Positions 39,331-53,314 of a DNA stretch of 64,000 nucleotides are shown piece after piece. Numbering within the stretch: the stretch's first letter is position 1; each line of letters starts with the position of its first letter. The position numbers and the translations under genes were made by a program. The stretch spans positions 42,844,001 through 42,908,000 of the forward strand of contig NC_087245.1 in the NCBI RefSeq assembly GCF_037042905.1, written 5' to 3'. The stretch comes from Lytechinus pictus. Its lineage: Eukaryota. The notes under the pieces are model-generated. The model had not been told where the DNA came from. It did not search any database and saw nothing but the letters and a program-made list of their open reading frames with translations.

Positions 39331-40736
39331 CTATACATATATATATAATATTGAACATTTCGAGCAATGTTTGTGATTCTGAACAAGATGCGTAAATAAC
39401 TAAATAATTACTGCTAGCGCGAAGCGCGAGCGGGAAAAATGAGATTTAGACCTAAAAGTGGACACTTATTAATGTTGTATTATCTTGTATTATTTTGTAC
39501 TTCTTGCTTTGAACAAAGTGTTGGCGAATGCCAGTGACGTTCCAATAAATTCAATTCAATTCATGTTTTGTAAATCATGAAAAGGATGGGTAATTGGGTA
39601 TTTTCCTACATTAATAATGAGAGCACGAAAGAGGATAATTCAAGGGCGTTTTAAAGAAAGAACAAGCTGTGGATCTCAATAAACATTTTAGATTTAGACC
39701 TAGAATCTGGGCATTCTAAATACAATTCTTTTATTATGAAAATTATAATGCGAGCGCTAAGCGCGATCTGAAAAAAGTGGTATTCCGATCTGAAGAAGGG
39801 TCAATTCATATTTCAAGCACTGTGTAGGTAAATTGTAAAGTGGTTACGGTTAGCATTTAATAAACGGTGAGAGCGCAAAGCGCGAGCTGATTTTTTTAAT
39901 TATTATATTTTAGGATCGGGACATTTTAAGGACATTTTGTCATAATATGAAAAATAATGACTAACTTCCTATTCCTCTTCCTAAACTCGAAATGAACTCG
40001 TCGATATTCCATTCTAAAAAAGGGACAATGTAACCATTAGGACTTCATGGATATGTTATTATCTTATTTATATATGTAATAGGCCTGGTGATAACGTGAA
40101 AACTGGACACTTTAAGCCCTTTTTAAATTATGAATAGGATGCATTGGCACATATATTTTGTTAACAATGCGAGCAAAAATCGCAAACCGAAATTTATGAT
40201 GAAACTGTCATGAAATGGGGAATTTTAAGTATAAAAAAAAATCAACTTATAGAGGTTTACATTATTACTCACCTGGATCCACCTATGAAAAAAGCGTTTG
40301 CCATTTTCTTGTTATTCATTTGCCAAAAAAAAAATGCCTGTATATTGAAATTCCAGCGTAAATGTACTTTAACAAAAGTTCAAATGAAGGATGGAATCAT
40401 TTCCCGCGCGGAGCGTGCGGAGAATTCATAATTTTGTATGGTACCACAGATGTAAAATACAAATTTTATACTGTATTTGGTTAATTTGCCAATTTCTGTG
40501 TAACTTTGGTTTAATTTTTTTACACTTACAGAATTATTGAGGGCAAAACGCTATGCTTGCCCCAAAAATTTTTGTTGGTGGGGCGATCGCCCCCTCCCCC
40601 CCCCAGGATCGACGCCTCTGCTGTATGTTATACCAACTTTCGAATTTGTTCCGAGCTGTCGCCAGGTCAAACGAGGTTGTATAGTTTGATTGTCTGTTCA
40701 CGAGAATTTAAAATTTACCCCTTTATCATTCTGATC

Positions 40737-43700
40737 AGCTCTTCCTCAGCCGGGAAGCCTGTGTTGGCCTTGGAATCATCTCATACAGTTTCCCACAGCC
40801 GGGTGCAACACGAGACCCACCCCTGCCAGACACGGCTGCAGTCCTTGAGGGGCCTCATACAAGACGTGCCTGTCACTGCCCTCAACGTAGATTGCCCCCA
40901 CCTCACTCCCTTTCCCGGCAACTGAGGACAACCATGCCAAGCTTCGGTAATACCTCCTTGATCATTACAAGAGTAGTACGTTCGACACTTGCGAACACCA
41001 ACCACTGCCCCTGATGGATGGCCCTCCCCTTAAACTGATGGTGGACCCCGATGCAGAACCTATCGCACATCACACCCCCGTGCCTGTACCACTCCACTGG
41101 CGGGATGCAGTCAAGGCTGGGTTGGATCACGATGTTCAGCTGGGTGTGCTTGAACCTGTACCTGTTGGTGAGCCTGTCACTTGGTGCCATAGGATTGTTG
41201 TGTGTGCCAAGAAGAATGGCAAACCGAGAAGGGCTGTCGACTTCCAAGCCCTCAGTGATCATGCCACCCGCGAGACACACCACATTTAATCCCCTTTTCT
41301 CCAGGCGAGGTCAGTTCCACACGGCAAGAAGAAGACTGTCTGTGATGCTTGGAATGGCTACCACAGTGTACCCAGCTGCCAAAAAGGTCGCCATCTCACA
41401 CCGTTCATCACACCCTGGGGTAGATACCGCTACAAAACCGCGCCTCAGGGATACATCGCTGCTGGTGAGGGCTACACCAGGCGATAAGAAGAGATTGTAT
41501 CAGCCATCCCATGCAAGACAAAGTGTGTTGATGACGCCTTACTCTGGGCTGACACATCAGCTGACAGCTTCTTTCAAGCAGTTGAGTGGCTAGACATCTG
41601 TGGTAGGAAAGGGATCATCCTCAACCCTACCAAATTCACACTTGGCGCAGATGTTGTTGAATTCGCAGGCTTCGAAATCACTACTGACAGTGTCCGGTCA
41701 TGCCAGAAATGCCTGCAGGTGATCCTTGATTTCCCAGCACCGTCCAATATCACTGAGGTGCGGTCATGGTTTAGGCTTGTCAACCAAGTATCGTATGCCT
41801 TCAGCATGACAGAGAAGATGTTACCATTTCGTCAGCTCCTGAAGCCCAGTACGCCATTCGTCTAAACTACTGCCCTCCAGCGTGCCTTTGAAGATTCCAA
41901 GGCTGTCATTGCCGGCGAGATCGAAGATGGCGTGAGGATATTTGACCCCAGCAAGCAGACCTGCCTGGCAACGGACTGGTCTAAGGATGACATTGGCTTT
42001 TGGCTTCTGCAGAAACACTGAACCTGCGATGGCACTATCCCCTTCTGCTGTGTCACAGGTTGGAAAGTAACACTTGTAGGGAATCGGTTTACTCATGCTG
42101 CTGAATCCCGCTACGCCCCAGTGGAAGGCAAGGCACTAGCAGTAGCGGACGCCCTTGACAAGGCACGATACTTCGTCTTGGGATGCGAGGATCTCATCAT
42201 TGGCGTTGTCCACAAGCCACTACTCAAGACTTTTGGCGATAGGGCCTTGGCGGGGATCCCTAATCCCCGCTTGCGGAATCTAAAGGAGAAGACACTACGG
42301 TACAAGTGCAGAATGTTCCATGTCCCTGGCGTCCGTCACCGAGCTACAGATTGCCTCTCTCGCCACCCTACACGCAAGGCAGAGAGATTGCACCTCCCAG
42401 ATGACGTAGCTATGGTTGGTGTCATGCCGCTATCGTTCCTGAACTCACCGACGCTAATGGGGGGGGGGGGGCTTCAGATCTTGGAGCCTTACACGGATTC
42501 TGTTGAAGTCTGCACACTATCCTCTGCCATGTTTGCCCTGGACTCTATTCACCTCAAATCGGTTACATGGGATAGAGTAAGTTCTGCAACAGCGAGTGAT
42601 GACAACATGCAGACCCTCCTCGAACTCATCGAATCTGGCTTGCCTGCACACCGCCATGCATTTCCCCACCCACTGCGTGAATACTTTCAGTTTCGCGATG
42701 GACTTTCTTCGGTTGATGGGGTTATCCTCTTCAATGATTGTGTACCCATTCCTCCTTCCCTCCGGGATGAAGTCTTGACCCACCTGCACGCTACTCACCA
42801 AAGGGTTACCTCGATAACTCCTCGTGCTGAAGCTTCTGTCTTCTGGCCTGGCATTACCCCGCGATCAGAGCCTTACGTGCAGGATGCACTCAGTGTAACC
42901 GGATAGCCCCATCCAATCCCAGTGCATGCACCGCCGGCCCCCTGATCTCACCGGCCTTCCCTTTTCAGTGTATCTGTGCAGACTATTTTCATTACAGAGG
43001 ATGCAACTATCTGGTCATAGTGGACAGGTACTCGAACTGGCCAATCGTCTAATGGTCTGCACAGGGGGCGAATGGACTCGTCACATGTCTCCGTCGTGTC
43101 TTCACCACTTTCGGCATTCCCAACGAGCTGGCTTCTGATGGTGGCCCTGAGTTCACAGCAGTAGCTTCGCGTCGTTTCCTTGTGGATTGGGGCATCCATC
43201 ATCGTCTTGCCTCTGTTGCATTTCCCCACATCAACTGTCGAGCTGAGGTTGCTTTGAAGACCATCAAGCGCCTCATGAGCAACACGGGCACTGCTACTGG
43301 CTCCCTGGATACGGATCACTTTCAACAAGCAATACTTCAGTATCGCAACACCCCGGACAGAGACACGAAACTCTCCCCAGCCATGTGTGTCTTTGGCCAC
43401 CCGATCCAGGACTTTATCTTCCCTGGCAAATACAAACCACACAACACCTGATGCGAGACCCTACAGGCAAGGGAGAAGACCCTTCGCAACCATCACATGA
43501 AGGGAGCATAACGATGGAAGGAGCACACCTATAAACGGCTTCTTCCCCTTGTTGTTGGCAATCACGTCCGTGTTCAGAACCAAACAGGGCCGCATCCTCT
43601 GAAATGGGACAAGACCGGCGTGGTGATTGAAGTATGGCAGCATGACCAATATTTAGTCCGTGTTGATGGTACCGGCCAGATCACACTAAGGAATCGCAAG

Positions 43701-44335
43701 TTTCTATGGCACTACACTCCGGTACATCGGCCCTTGCCGCCAAGGACGGTGGAGGACAGTGGCGGACCGTGACCCGGAGAAGACAATGATTGGAGGGGCA
43801 CTGTATTGTTTGTGAACGATCCTGACACTGGCTGATGTGTCTGGCGGACTACCATCACCATCCCCGTGTCCGGGTTCACCCACTCCGTTTCCTCGGCAGC
43901 AACATGAGCCCATCATAGAAGCCTGCCCAACACCGGTGACGGATCAACCTGATGGCTCCCGTCAACCGCACCCTGTTGATGTCTTGTCATCCCCGGCCGG
44001 CCGTGCTGCCCTAACTGCAGTTCCTCGTGAATCTTCCCCTGTGGTGGCTGCTCGACCGCCTCCTCCTACTCAATCACCTGAGGATGACGTCATTGCTCCT
44101 GCTGCCACCCCTGCTCCTTCGCCCAGGCGGTCTCTCCGTCGGGCCAGCCTAGACCTGCGTGGCACTCAGATTACGAGATGTCTCTCTAACGTGCTATTAC
44201 ATTTTTTTTTGTGTTCTTGGAGTTTCTGTTTTACGCGTTTTTGTTCCTGCTGGTATTCATGTTCGCTGTTATTTGGACATTACATTTTGTTTTTCTCCTA
44301 CTTTCTGGAGTTACCGTAACTGCTTGGAGGAGCCT
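40737..44335 (+). mobile_element. Decayed Ty3/Gypsy LTR retrotransposon pol (protease end, RT, RNase H, integrase); possibly Mag-like lineage
   Basis: PVPLHW, PRRAVDFQAL, DAWNGYHS, KCVDD, ATDWS, YAPVEGKALAV, HATHQ, VDRYSNWP, SDGGPEF and RAEVALK in Gypsy order; several stops and frameshifts; no LTR pair seen. Confidence 0.9.
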
Positions 44336-44760
44336 TTGAAATAGACATTGCTTTTTGGACAGGAATTTCAGACAGGAATTTCATCTTTGCCACTGACTCG
44401 TTTTTAATCACTTCACGTCGTGCCAAAGGCATGGGGGATAGAGGATTCTAAAACCTACTTCTACTGTTCTGCTCTTTCCACAGCTGTGAACATTACTGAT
44501 TCGGCATCTACTGAATAAAGACAAACGATACAGAGACCTATTTCTCACCCCCAAGCAGCTTTACAGTGTAAGAGGTCTCTCCTGAAGATGGGGAGAAAAG
44601 CCACAAGGAAACTCGCAGGCCTGGAAACTCGGCTATATCAACTGATAAGATCCACATCATAGATCCACATAATGGACATTAGAAGTCCTATAATCGCTAC
44701 ACCAACTTTCGTCACTGGCAGTGTCCTGGCATGAAGTGTACAACCGCTAATTCGCCATTT

Positions 44761-46216
44761 TCTCTCACATGCATAGCAGAGTGAAACTATAGGCGCCGCT
44801 TTTCCGACGGCGACGGCGGTGGCGTCAACACCAAATCTTAACCGAAGTTTTTGAAATCAGAGCATAACTTAGAAAGTATATGGACCTATTATAGTTCATG
44901 AAACTTGGCCATAAGTTTGATCAAGTCTTGTCCGAGTTTCAGGTCACATGACCAAGGTCAAGGTCATTTAGGGTCAATGAACTTAGACCATGTTGGGGGA
45001 ATCAACATCAAAATCTTAACCTAACTTAAAAAAATATATGGACCTAGTTCATGAAACTTGGACATAGGATTAATCAAGTTTACGGAACATCCTGCTTGAG
45101 TTTTCAAGTCACATTACCAAGGTCAAAGGTCATTTGGGGTCAATGAACTGTGGCCAAATTGGGGGTATATGTTGAATTACCATCATAACTTTAAAAGTTT
45201 ATGGATCTGATTTATGAAACTTGGACATAAGAGTCATCAAGTACGACTAAACATCCTGTGCGAGTTTCAGGTCATATGATCAAGGTCAAATGTCATTTAA
45301 GGTAAATGAACTTTGGCTATGTTGGGGGCATTTGTTAAATTACCATCATATCTCTGTAAGTGTATTGGTCTAGTTCATAAAACATGGACATAAGAGTAAT
45401 CAAGTATCACTGAATATCCTGTGCGAATTTCAGGTCACATGGCCAAGGTAAAAAGTCAATGAAATTTGGCCATGGGGGGGGGGGGGCTTCTGTTGAATTA
45501 CTATAACTTTGAAAGTTTATGGATCTGTTTCATGAAACTTAAACATAAGAGTCATCAAGTATCTTTCAATATCCCGTCCGAGTTTCAGATCACATGACCA
45601 AGGTCAAAGGTCATTACAGGTCAATGGACTTTTGCCATGTGGGGGGGGGGGGGGTATTTGTTGAATTACTATCATATCTCTGTAAGTGTATTGGTATAGT
45701 TCATAAAACATGGACATAAGATAAGCGTAACCAAGTATCACTGAACATTTTGTGCGAGTTTCAGGTCACGTGACCAAGGTCAAAGGACTTTGGCCATGTT
45801 GGGGGTATTTGTTGAATTACCATAACTCTGTATGTTGGTCTAGTTCATAAAGATTGGACATAAGAGTCATCAAGTATCACTGAACATCTCATGCGAGTTT
45901 TAGATTACATGACCAAAGTCAAATGTCATTAAAGGTCATTGAACTTCGGCAATTTTAGAGGTAATTATTAGATTGCTGTCATAACTTTCAAAGTTTATAG
46001 ATATAGTGTATAACATGTGGATATAGGGGTTATCAAGTATCACTGACAAGTTTTAGGTCACATGATCAAGGTCAAATGTCAATGAACGTAGTATTGTATC
46101 ATTATATGAATGGTGTTTTTTGTGAATAATTATATTATAGTAGTTTCGAAGGTCAGCACTGCTGCTATATTGAATCGCATGATGCAGGTGAGACTGCCAG
46201 AGGCGTTCCACTTGTT
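44761..46216 (+). mobile_element. Helentron-associated (HINE/Tsp/pearl-like) element with a ~160-bp tandem core
   Basis: Subterminal IR TCTCAC.TGCA...TGCAGGTGAGA, GGC microsatellite, tandem GTCACATGACCAAGGTCAAAGGTCA units, CTTGTT end. Confidence 0.7.
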
Positions 46217-46394
46217 CTTAAATTCCTCTATCTCTCTTTCCTCTCCTCTCTTGGAATTGTCTGCCACCTCCTTTTTATCTCTATTCCATTTTTCTTTTAA
46301 ATCTTATTATTCACCCCCGTGGTCTTGCTACTCCCCTCCTCTTAATTCTCTCTCTTTCCCCCCGATTCTCCCCTCACTTCCTATTTCCTTTTTT

Positions 46395-46615
46395 GTCTCA
46401 TCTGCATAGCAGAGTGAGACTATAGGCGGCGGTATCAACACTAAATCTTAACCAAAGGTTAAGTTTTTGAAATGACAGCATAACTTAGAAAGTTTATGGA
46501 CCTAGTTCATGAAACCTGGATATAAAGTTAAGCAAGTATTACCTAACATCTTGTCCAAGTTTGAGGTCACATGACTAAGGTCAAAGGTCATTTGGGGTCA
46601 ATTAACTTAGACCAT
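46395..46615 (+). mobile_element. 5' fragment of the same HINE-like family
   Basis: Matches 44761-44990. Confidence 0.7.
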
Positions 46616-48094
46616 GAATTTTAAATGTTGTAAAAATTGGTAATCCCTATACCCATTGAGACTTAAAATTGGCTGCATTGGTGATGTCATAGCGACGTAA
46701 GGCTTTTACTTTTACTTCAAAGTAATCATTGACAACATGCTCACTTGGTAATATTTAGATTAGTGCCCCAGGGGAATAGGGTACTTAGGAGAAAACTACC
46801 ATTTCCTGATTATAATTAAATGCCTTATGTGAAAGTTGTCCCTACCACTTATCATAATTTACTCACCCAGTTTCCTACGTCCAATTTACAGTCTCAGGGA
46901 ACTCAAAACAACCATAACTTTCTTAATTGCTTGTCTGATTTCTTTCAAACTTTCGCCATTTTGTTTACCTCAATCCTTCGACAATATTTTTCATCATTTT
47001 GTTCTGCCATTTTACAATAAACTGTTGTCAGTGTGAACTTCCCTTTTAAGTGTGCAGGATCATATAGTACCGATATTTTTGTTTCCCTTATTTAAATGTC
47101 ATTCTACTTCAGTTTACACTGCAAGAATATAAATGTTTTCTCAATGATGCCATATAATCATGATATTCTGCATAATATTCACCAAACAAAAATAAAGGTC
47201 AAGGGTAAACAGGAAATTGTGTACTGGATAAAGAATCATCTTTATCATTCAGAGTCTCTTGTGTAAAATATCATTATCAATTTGCTCAATACATGTGCAC
47301 TGATAACATTACCAAATGGTTCCATAGTACAAACTTTACATGCGTAAACATTACAGAAGATTAATATAAAGTCAAAGTTAGCTATAGTGATTTATCACAG
47401 GATAGACAAAATATTTACTTTATAGGACATAATCATCATAAAGCTGTATATATCCTAATATTTATATGAAAAATTACTCCAAGCAAAAAAGGATGGCATT
47501 TCAAAATCATCTATGTGTACCCTTTTTTATTCCTCAATCACAAGAATCACATAATCATAATCAAATGATTCATTGTTACATGTTTCGCCAAGGTCATTGA
47601 AATCCTGTAATTCAACTTGGTCAGTAAATTTCCCCAAACCACCAATATAAACAATTTGTTCATTGTTTTCTCCCTTTTTTATACATGATAATGAAAAATC
47701 TACATTAGCAAATTTTAAAACCTGACTCATGTAATAGGGAATCTTCTAAGAGCTCAATTTGGCTCTTCATAAGCAAGTACATCTATAAGGTGACTTTATT
47801 TAGGCAGATATTTGGACCCCCCCCCTTACCTACTCAACATATAGTTTCAGTTTGATCTGTTAACACCAGCATTTTCTCAGTGTGAAAAGATGTACTCATT
47901 ACTTCATCCACCTCATTCTTGCTTTCAAATTACTCCCTATACTGCAATAAACAATTAAATACACAAATTTCTAAGCACCTAGATACATATTCAAATGAAC
48001 TATTTTACACCTAAGTATAAAAGTAGAATAATGTCATTAAAATCAGGTAATAATTCATATATATTCAACACAGCTAAATGTAATTTTTACTATT

Positions 48095-48917
48095 GATGAA
48101 AACAAAATTGGGGATATTTTTAGACCTGTCAAAGGCATTTCATACCATTGACCATGATATCCTTCTCAAGAAACTTGAACATTATGGAATTTGTGGTGTA
48201 GCATTGAAAATGCTACCACTAAATGAACTTGTGTCATTCAATTGTGCATTGTTCATGTTCGAACTACAATCAATGCCTCAAGAATGTACCTTAAAAAATG
48301 ATTTCTTCAGAATTCAAAAATATGTGATTATAATACACGTCAAATGGATCTTATTCGTCAGCCATTTGCGAGAACAAGTCACTCTGACCTCCTTTCATAT
48401 ATCCTGCAGTAAAGAGAGGAACAGTTTTCCTGTTGATATATAAAAAAAAAACTCTTTTCATGTTCAAAAGATTATCCAAAACTTGCTTTCTTGACAGATT
48501 ATGATTATTTTCCTTCAAAATGTATTTTCAGTTGATGTATTTGCATTTAAGTTGATGACCTACTCATTTATGTTTAGAATGTGCATGTGTGGTGGATGTG
48601 GTTGTGCGGGTGTGTATATATGTGTGTTTATAATTATAGCTTTCCATTCTAGTTTGGCATCTTAACCTTAATATATAATTTTTTCTCTCTTTTTGTATTT
48701 TGTAGATTAGTATATCCTATATTATGTTAATGTTAACAATCATAAGTATTCCAGGGCCCTACTCACAAGCTTTGCTTTATAAGGGGTCCTAAAACCAATT
48801 CGTCTATGCTATAATCTAATTGATGTGTGTTTATGTACTCAGTTGTGTTGCATGTATATCTATTTTGATTATGATGTGATGTTTTTGGTTTTTAATAAAT
48901 AAACCTGAACGTGAACT
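48095..48917 (+). mobile_element. Internally deleted CR1/L2-group LINE remnant
   Basis: [27 protein letters not shown] is fused directly to the ORF2 C-terminal [16 protein letters not shown], then a UTR and AATAAA tail. Confidence 0.75.
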
Positions 48918-49097
48918 TATCTATTTCATGCAAAATTAGAAAGATTTGAAGGAAATGGAAAAGGAGGTGAGAACAAACAAAAGGAGATGGCATGGGGAAG
49001 CTCAAGATCAAAGAGTGATGTGATAAAGTTAGATAGAAAGAGTAGGAATGGTAGATTAAAAAAAGACTGAGGAGAAAATAAATAAAACAATGATTAA

Positions 49098-49681
49098 AGG
49101 AGAATGACACTCTTGGAGCAAGTTAGCTTTTGTGAAAGCAGAAAAGTCATATAATAAGATCAACAAAAGTTTGAGTAAAATAGGACTAGCAATAGAAGAG
49201 TTATGAGCATTTGAATGTCGAGATCACTAATGCTATGGAGATCCTCCCATTGGCAATGCGACCAAGATCTTTGATGTCACAGATGAACAACTCTCCCCTT
49301 TTGGACACTGAAAATATACCCCAAAACATCTCTTTTTGCTCATTCTAATCATATGACAAACGATTCATCAATTATATAATGTTGTGAAACCTCTGTACTT
49401 GTCCTCTCATAAAGAGAACACCTCACCTTGTGATAGACTCTATAAAAGTGAGAATATAAGTGAAATAAGTACTAAAGTAATGAGGGAGTTGTACGTGTGT
49501 GACATCACAGATCTTGGTCGCATTGCCAATGAGAGGAACTACATGGCATTAGTGATCTCAATATTCAAATGCTCATAACTTTCTTATTATTCATTCAATC
49601 TTCCTCAAACTTTCAACAATATGTTTCGTTGATTTTTCCCTTTGATATGGATTCAGTTGGTTTCAAGGGTTTCATTCTCCT
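49098..49681. mobile_element. Kolobok-like palindromic MITE, copy 1
   Basis: TTAA TSD; TIR AGGAGAATGA; long inverted arms. Confidence 0.85.
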
Positions 49682-49769
49682 TTAATTGGGTACCGTACAC
49701 AATCTTTTATCAAAGTAGAATGCTTTAAACTTCAAATGAATGGTCTGAAGTGCAAAGGACTCTTCTTAC

Positions 49770-50503
49770 CTCGGAGACCCCCCTCAACGATTTGCACAAT
49801 ATTTCCCCCCCGCGCGAATTTTTTGCACCACGCCACTCGCTGACTTTTTACTTTCAAGTCATGCGCAACTTTTGAGACCAATTTTGCATCACCCGGGTAC
49901 GTGGTTCCAAAATTACGCAACATTATGTAAGTGCATATCAGACCAAAAATTGCAAAAAAAACGTGATTTTGTGTACAAAGTAGATGCAAATTGTGTTTTC
50001 AACCAAAAATCGTAAATGTATGATTATTTTAGTTTTGCTGGTCTAAATGTATTTATTTTATGCTTTTTATAATCTCGGAAGAGTCCCCAAAAAATTTCAT
50101 TGAAAAACGATGAAAAACAAAAGGTAAAAAAACACGAAAATACGTAAGAAATTGCAAAAAACAATATAATACATAAGAAAATTATTTGATATCGCAATTT
50201 TATTCATGTAAACTTGCTAAGAACACCACAAAGAGTTTCTATACCAAAAAATAAAAAATTTGGAGCTTTATTTAGGGAGTTAGAGGAAAAAGTATGATTT
50301 TGCATACTAATTACGCATAAATTAACATAATCAATTAAAGCAATTCGCATTAAAAAATTTCTACACAATTTCGTAGAATATGTCCCAGACAAGCCGCGTA
50401 CCAATTCTCAGCGTGATCGACGGCCGAGATCTAAAAGGGGGGCCTGGGAGGCCCCCCCCCCCCCCACCATGTGAACTCCCAAAATACCCCGGCCTAGATA
50501 GGG
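49770..50503. mobile_element. piggyBac-like MITE fragment
   Basis: Ends TAGATAGGG followed by TTAA; interior resembles 5232-5677. Confidence 0.55.
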
Positions 50504-50507
50504 TTAA

Positions 50508-50786
50508 GGTCATCGAATTTTTGCCATTTTAGAGGTAATTATTAGATTGCTGTCATAACTTTCAAAGTTTACATAGTGTATAAAATGTGGATAGAGGGGT
50601 AATCAAGTATCACTGACAAGTTTTAGGTCACATGATCAAGGTCAAATGTCAATGAACGTAGTATTGTATCATTATATGAATGGTGTTTTTTGTGAATAAT
50701 TATTTGATAGTAGTTTTCAAAGTCAGCACTGCTGCTATATTGAATCGCGTGATGCAGGTGAGACTGCCAGAGGCGCTCCTCTTGTT
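50508..50786 (+). mobile_element. 3' fragment of the HINE-like family
   Basis: Near-identical to about 45934-46216. Confidence 0.75.
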
Positions 50787-53073
50787 TCATAAACAATGAT
50801 AAACACAACATATATCCATAATATAAATCATAGTCCTCATGCTCTGACTGCATATAAGATTGTTTTATGTAAAATAATATACATTGATTTACAGTGCATC
50901 CCAGAAAAAATAGAACAGATTCATATATTGATAATTCATAACTTCTTCACACTAATTCATGAAGCTTACAGAAAATCTAGTATTTTTCTTTGATTTAATA
51001 ATCATGACTAACAGTATACATGTACATGCACGACTTTTACGCATTTATAGTCAGTTAAACAATTTGGAGAAATTACAGCACATAATCTTTTAGCCGGCAA
51101 CACTGGGATCAAATTTCTGGAAGTGAATTATTGACCATTTAAAATGAGACCTCAATCAGAAAGGCTTGGAACAATAAACTTCTGTTTCTTTAAAGAATTG
51201 CTTGCATTTTCATAATCTTATTTGTTTTAAATGGATGCCTTCTGTTGTAACAAATGCCACTGAAAAAATGGAAAATCGTCAACAAATGGATTGGCGAGTG
51301 AAAATCCAAATTGTTACTGTTTGTTGTGGCAGGCAGTCCTGCAATGATGGGTTAATTTGGGGTAATTTTTGATAATGAAACAGAATTTGATATTTTTTCT
51401 GAAATATGCTCTTCTCTTAGTAATTCAATTACTGCCTGTCAAATGGCTTTGATACCCTTTTTACATATTGCTTATAATGCATGAAGAATGCATTACAGAG
51501 TCATACCAAAAGGAAAGGTTTCTAATCTTATTTATTTATAAAAATTCTGATCATGAAATTAATGTCAAAAACATCAATATATCTTGTTCCATTTTATTCT
51601 AGGAACCATTTATGTAGTATGATATCTAACACACTTTAGGACCCTACATTATACATATAATGATTGGCTAATGATAGAGATGGTGTAGGAGATCAGGGCC
51701 CAAAGTAGGGAACATTCAAAATACACAATGATCTTGTTTAAAAACTGGTAAAAAAGAGCTGCCAATAACTAGAAATTTGACATTATTTGAAATCTCATTC
51801 AGACTGGACATTTTATACCTTTATAAAACTATGGTGCCACCTTTGGCAACAGAAAGATGGTGCCGTGGTTTGTCCATTAAATGCTTCATATTGATACACC
51901 TGTACTTTACATTATATCTTACACATTCTTTTCAGAGCAAAATATCATGCATACACAATCATCCTGCTCACCGATATGTCGGGCAAGACCAAATTCAGAG
52001 TAAATTACTGGTGCATTTTGCTCTCTTTCAGGAATATTTAATCTACCCTGTTTACATGGGCCAATATTGCAGTGTTAAACCCAGTGCACACAATGCAATG
52101 CGATTGCACCAAGATCTGATTGGAACAAGTTGATTATATCGCAGGCCAGCACACACATTACAGCAGCTATGCAACGCGCATCTCCATGGCGCTTTGTTCC
52201 TGCTTTGATGTAGAGCCAATTCGATGCTTGTTTTTTGTTTTTTACCATCCGAGTTGAAATTTTATCCCAACTTTCCAGGGTTACAACTTGCCCATTACAG
52301 ATTTCTAGACTTAAACGTCCAATAAAATTTGAAATTTTAACTCTAAACTTGACCAATCATCGTAGTTCAACTTCAGCTCCAAAGTCACACCAAATAAGAC
52401 ATCATTTCCCAATTTGCTATGACGAGGCGCATGGAGATCCAGCACAAAAACCTACATGTAACAACGCGACCTGGTCAGACTTGGCACGGCCAGGCCAGAA
52501 GAAAGACCACGATGTCGGCCGATGATATGTCTATGCGTTTATTAGTGGTGCAGAATATTGCTCATATCATCATTATCTGGGAGAAATCTGCTTGACTGAA
52601 ATCACCAGGAAGATTCTACATGTCAAATGTCTAAGATATGGTCTGCGATTTTTCTGCAACAATTCGGCATGAATAAACAGGGTACCGGTTACTTGCATCA
52701 ATTAGCAAAAATATCTCAATAAAATTAAGTGATTATGATTCCTTTAAAACATGCTGAAAGTAACTCTTTACAAACTTTCACATGGAGCAGCTGCAAAAAA
52801 ATTTCACAGACGCATAGTTAAGTTATTCTAAAGTTACCAACGTAACTAAACATGGCTATATTCAATATACCTTTGAATTAGTACATAATATCCTTATCAT
52901 AAATGTTGGATATCCATAATTTCCGTCAAATAAAAAATGGTTCTCAGATTCAAAGAACGGTTTCTGCTTCAACAGACAGGTAATGATAGTCACCTTCAAG
53001 TGCATTGATCCAAGGGAAATAGTCTCTTTTCATATTTACTTTTCATTTCTATTGCTTCTGCCCAGATAATGCC

Positions 53074-53314
53074 TCAAGGGTACGGTGACCTGAACAGGAA
53101 GCGTAAACCCTTGAAGAGGAGGTACACGATTCCGATTCCTATGACTATCTGCTCCCGTTTCTCCTGCCGTCTCCCCGCCTCCTCAAGCGCAGAGACCCTG
53201 CTTGATAGCAGGTAGATCTTCTTTTGGAGCCGATCCCAGTCACCACCTGGAGTTGCCTCCACCAGGGCTGTGCTGTCAGCTGGGAGGACTGACAAATTGG
53301 CATCTGTTGATTGC
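53074..53314 (-). CDS. MFF: MFF last coding exon (coiled coil and TM anchor)
   Basis: TTGCAG acceptor, phase 2; ...REQIVIGIGIVYLLFKGLRFLFRSPYP*. Confidence 0.9.

Larger units (their letters stand above)
35907..40620. mobile_element. hAT-like non-autonomous element hosting the Tc1 composite
   Basis: TIR CAGGGGCGTCGATCC/GGATCGACGCCTCTG; flanks CCATATGT and CTGTATGT match at 6/8; GCGAGC motifs at 39400-39900. Confidence 0.7.

Noticed and set aside
44580..44620. Second hammerhead-like string CTGAAGA...GAAAC
   Set aside because: Stem II does not pair convincingly.
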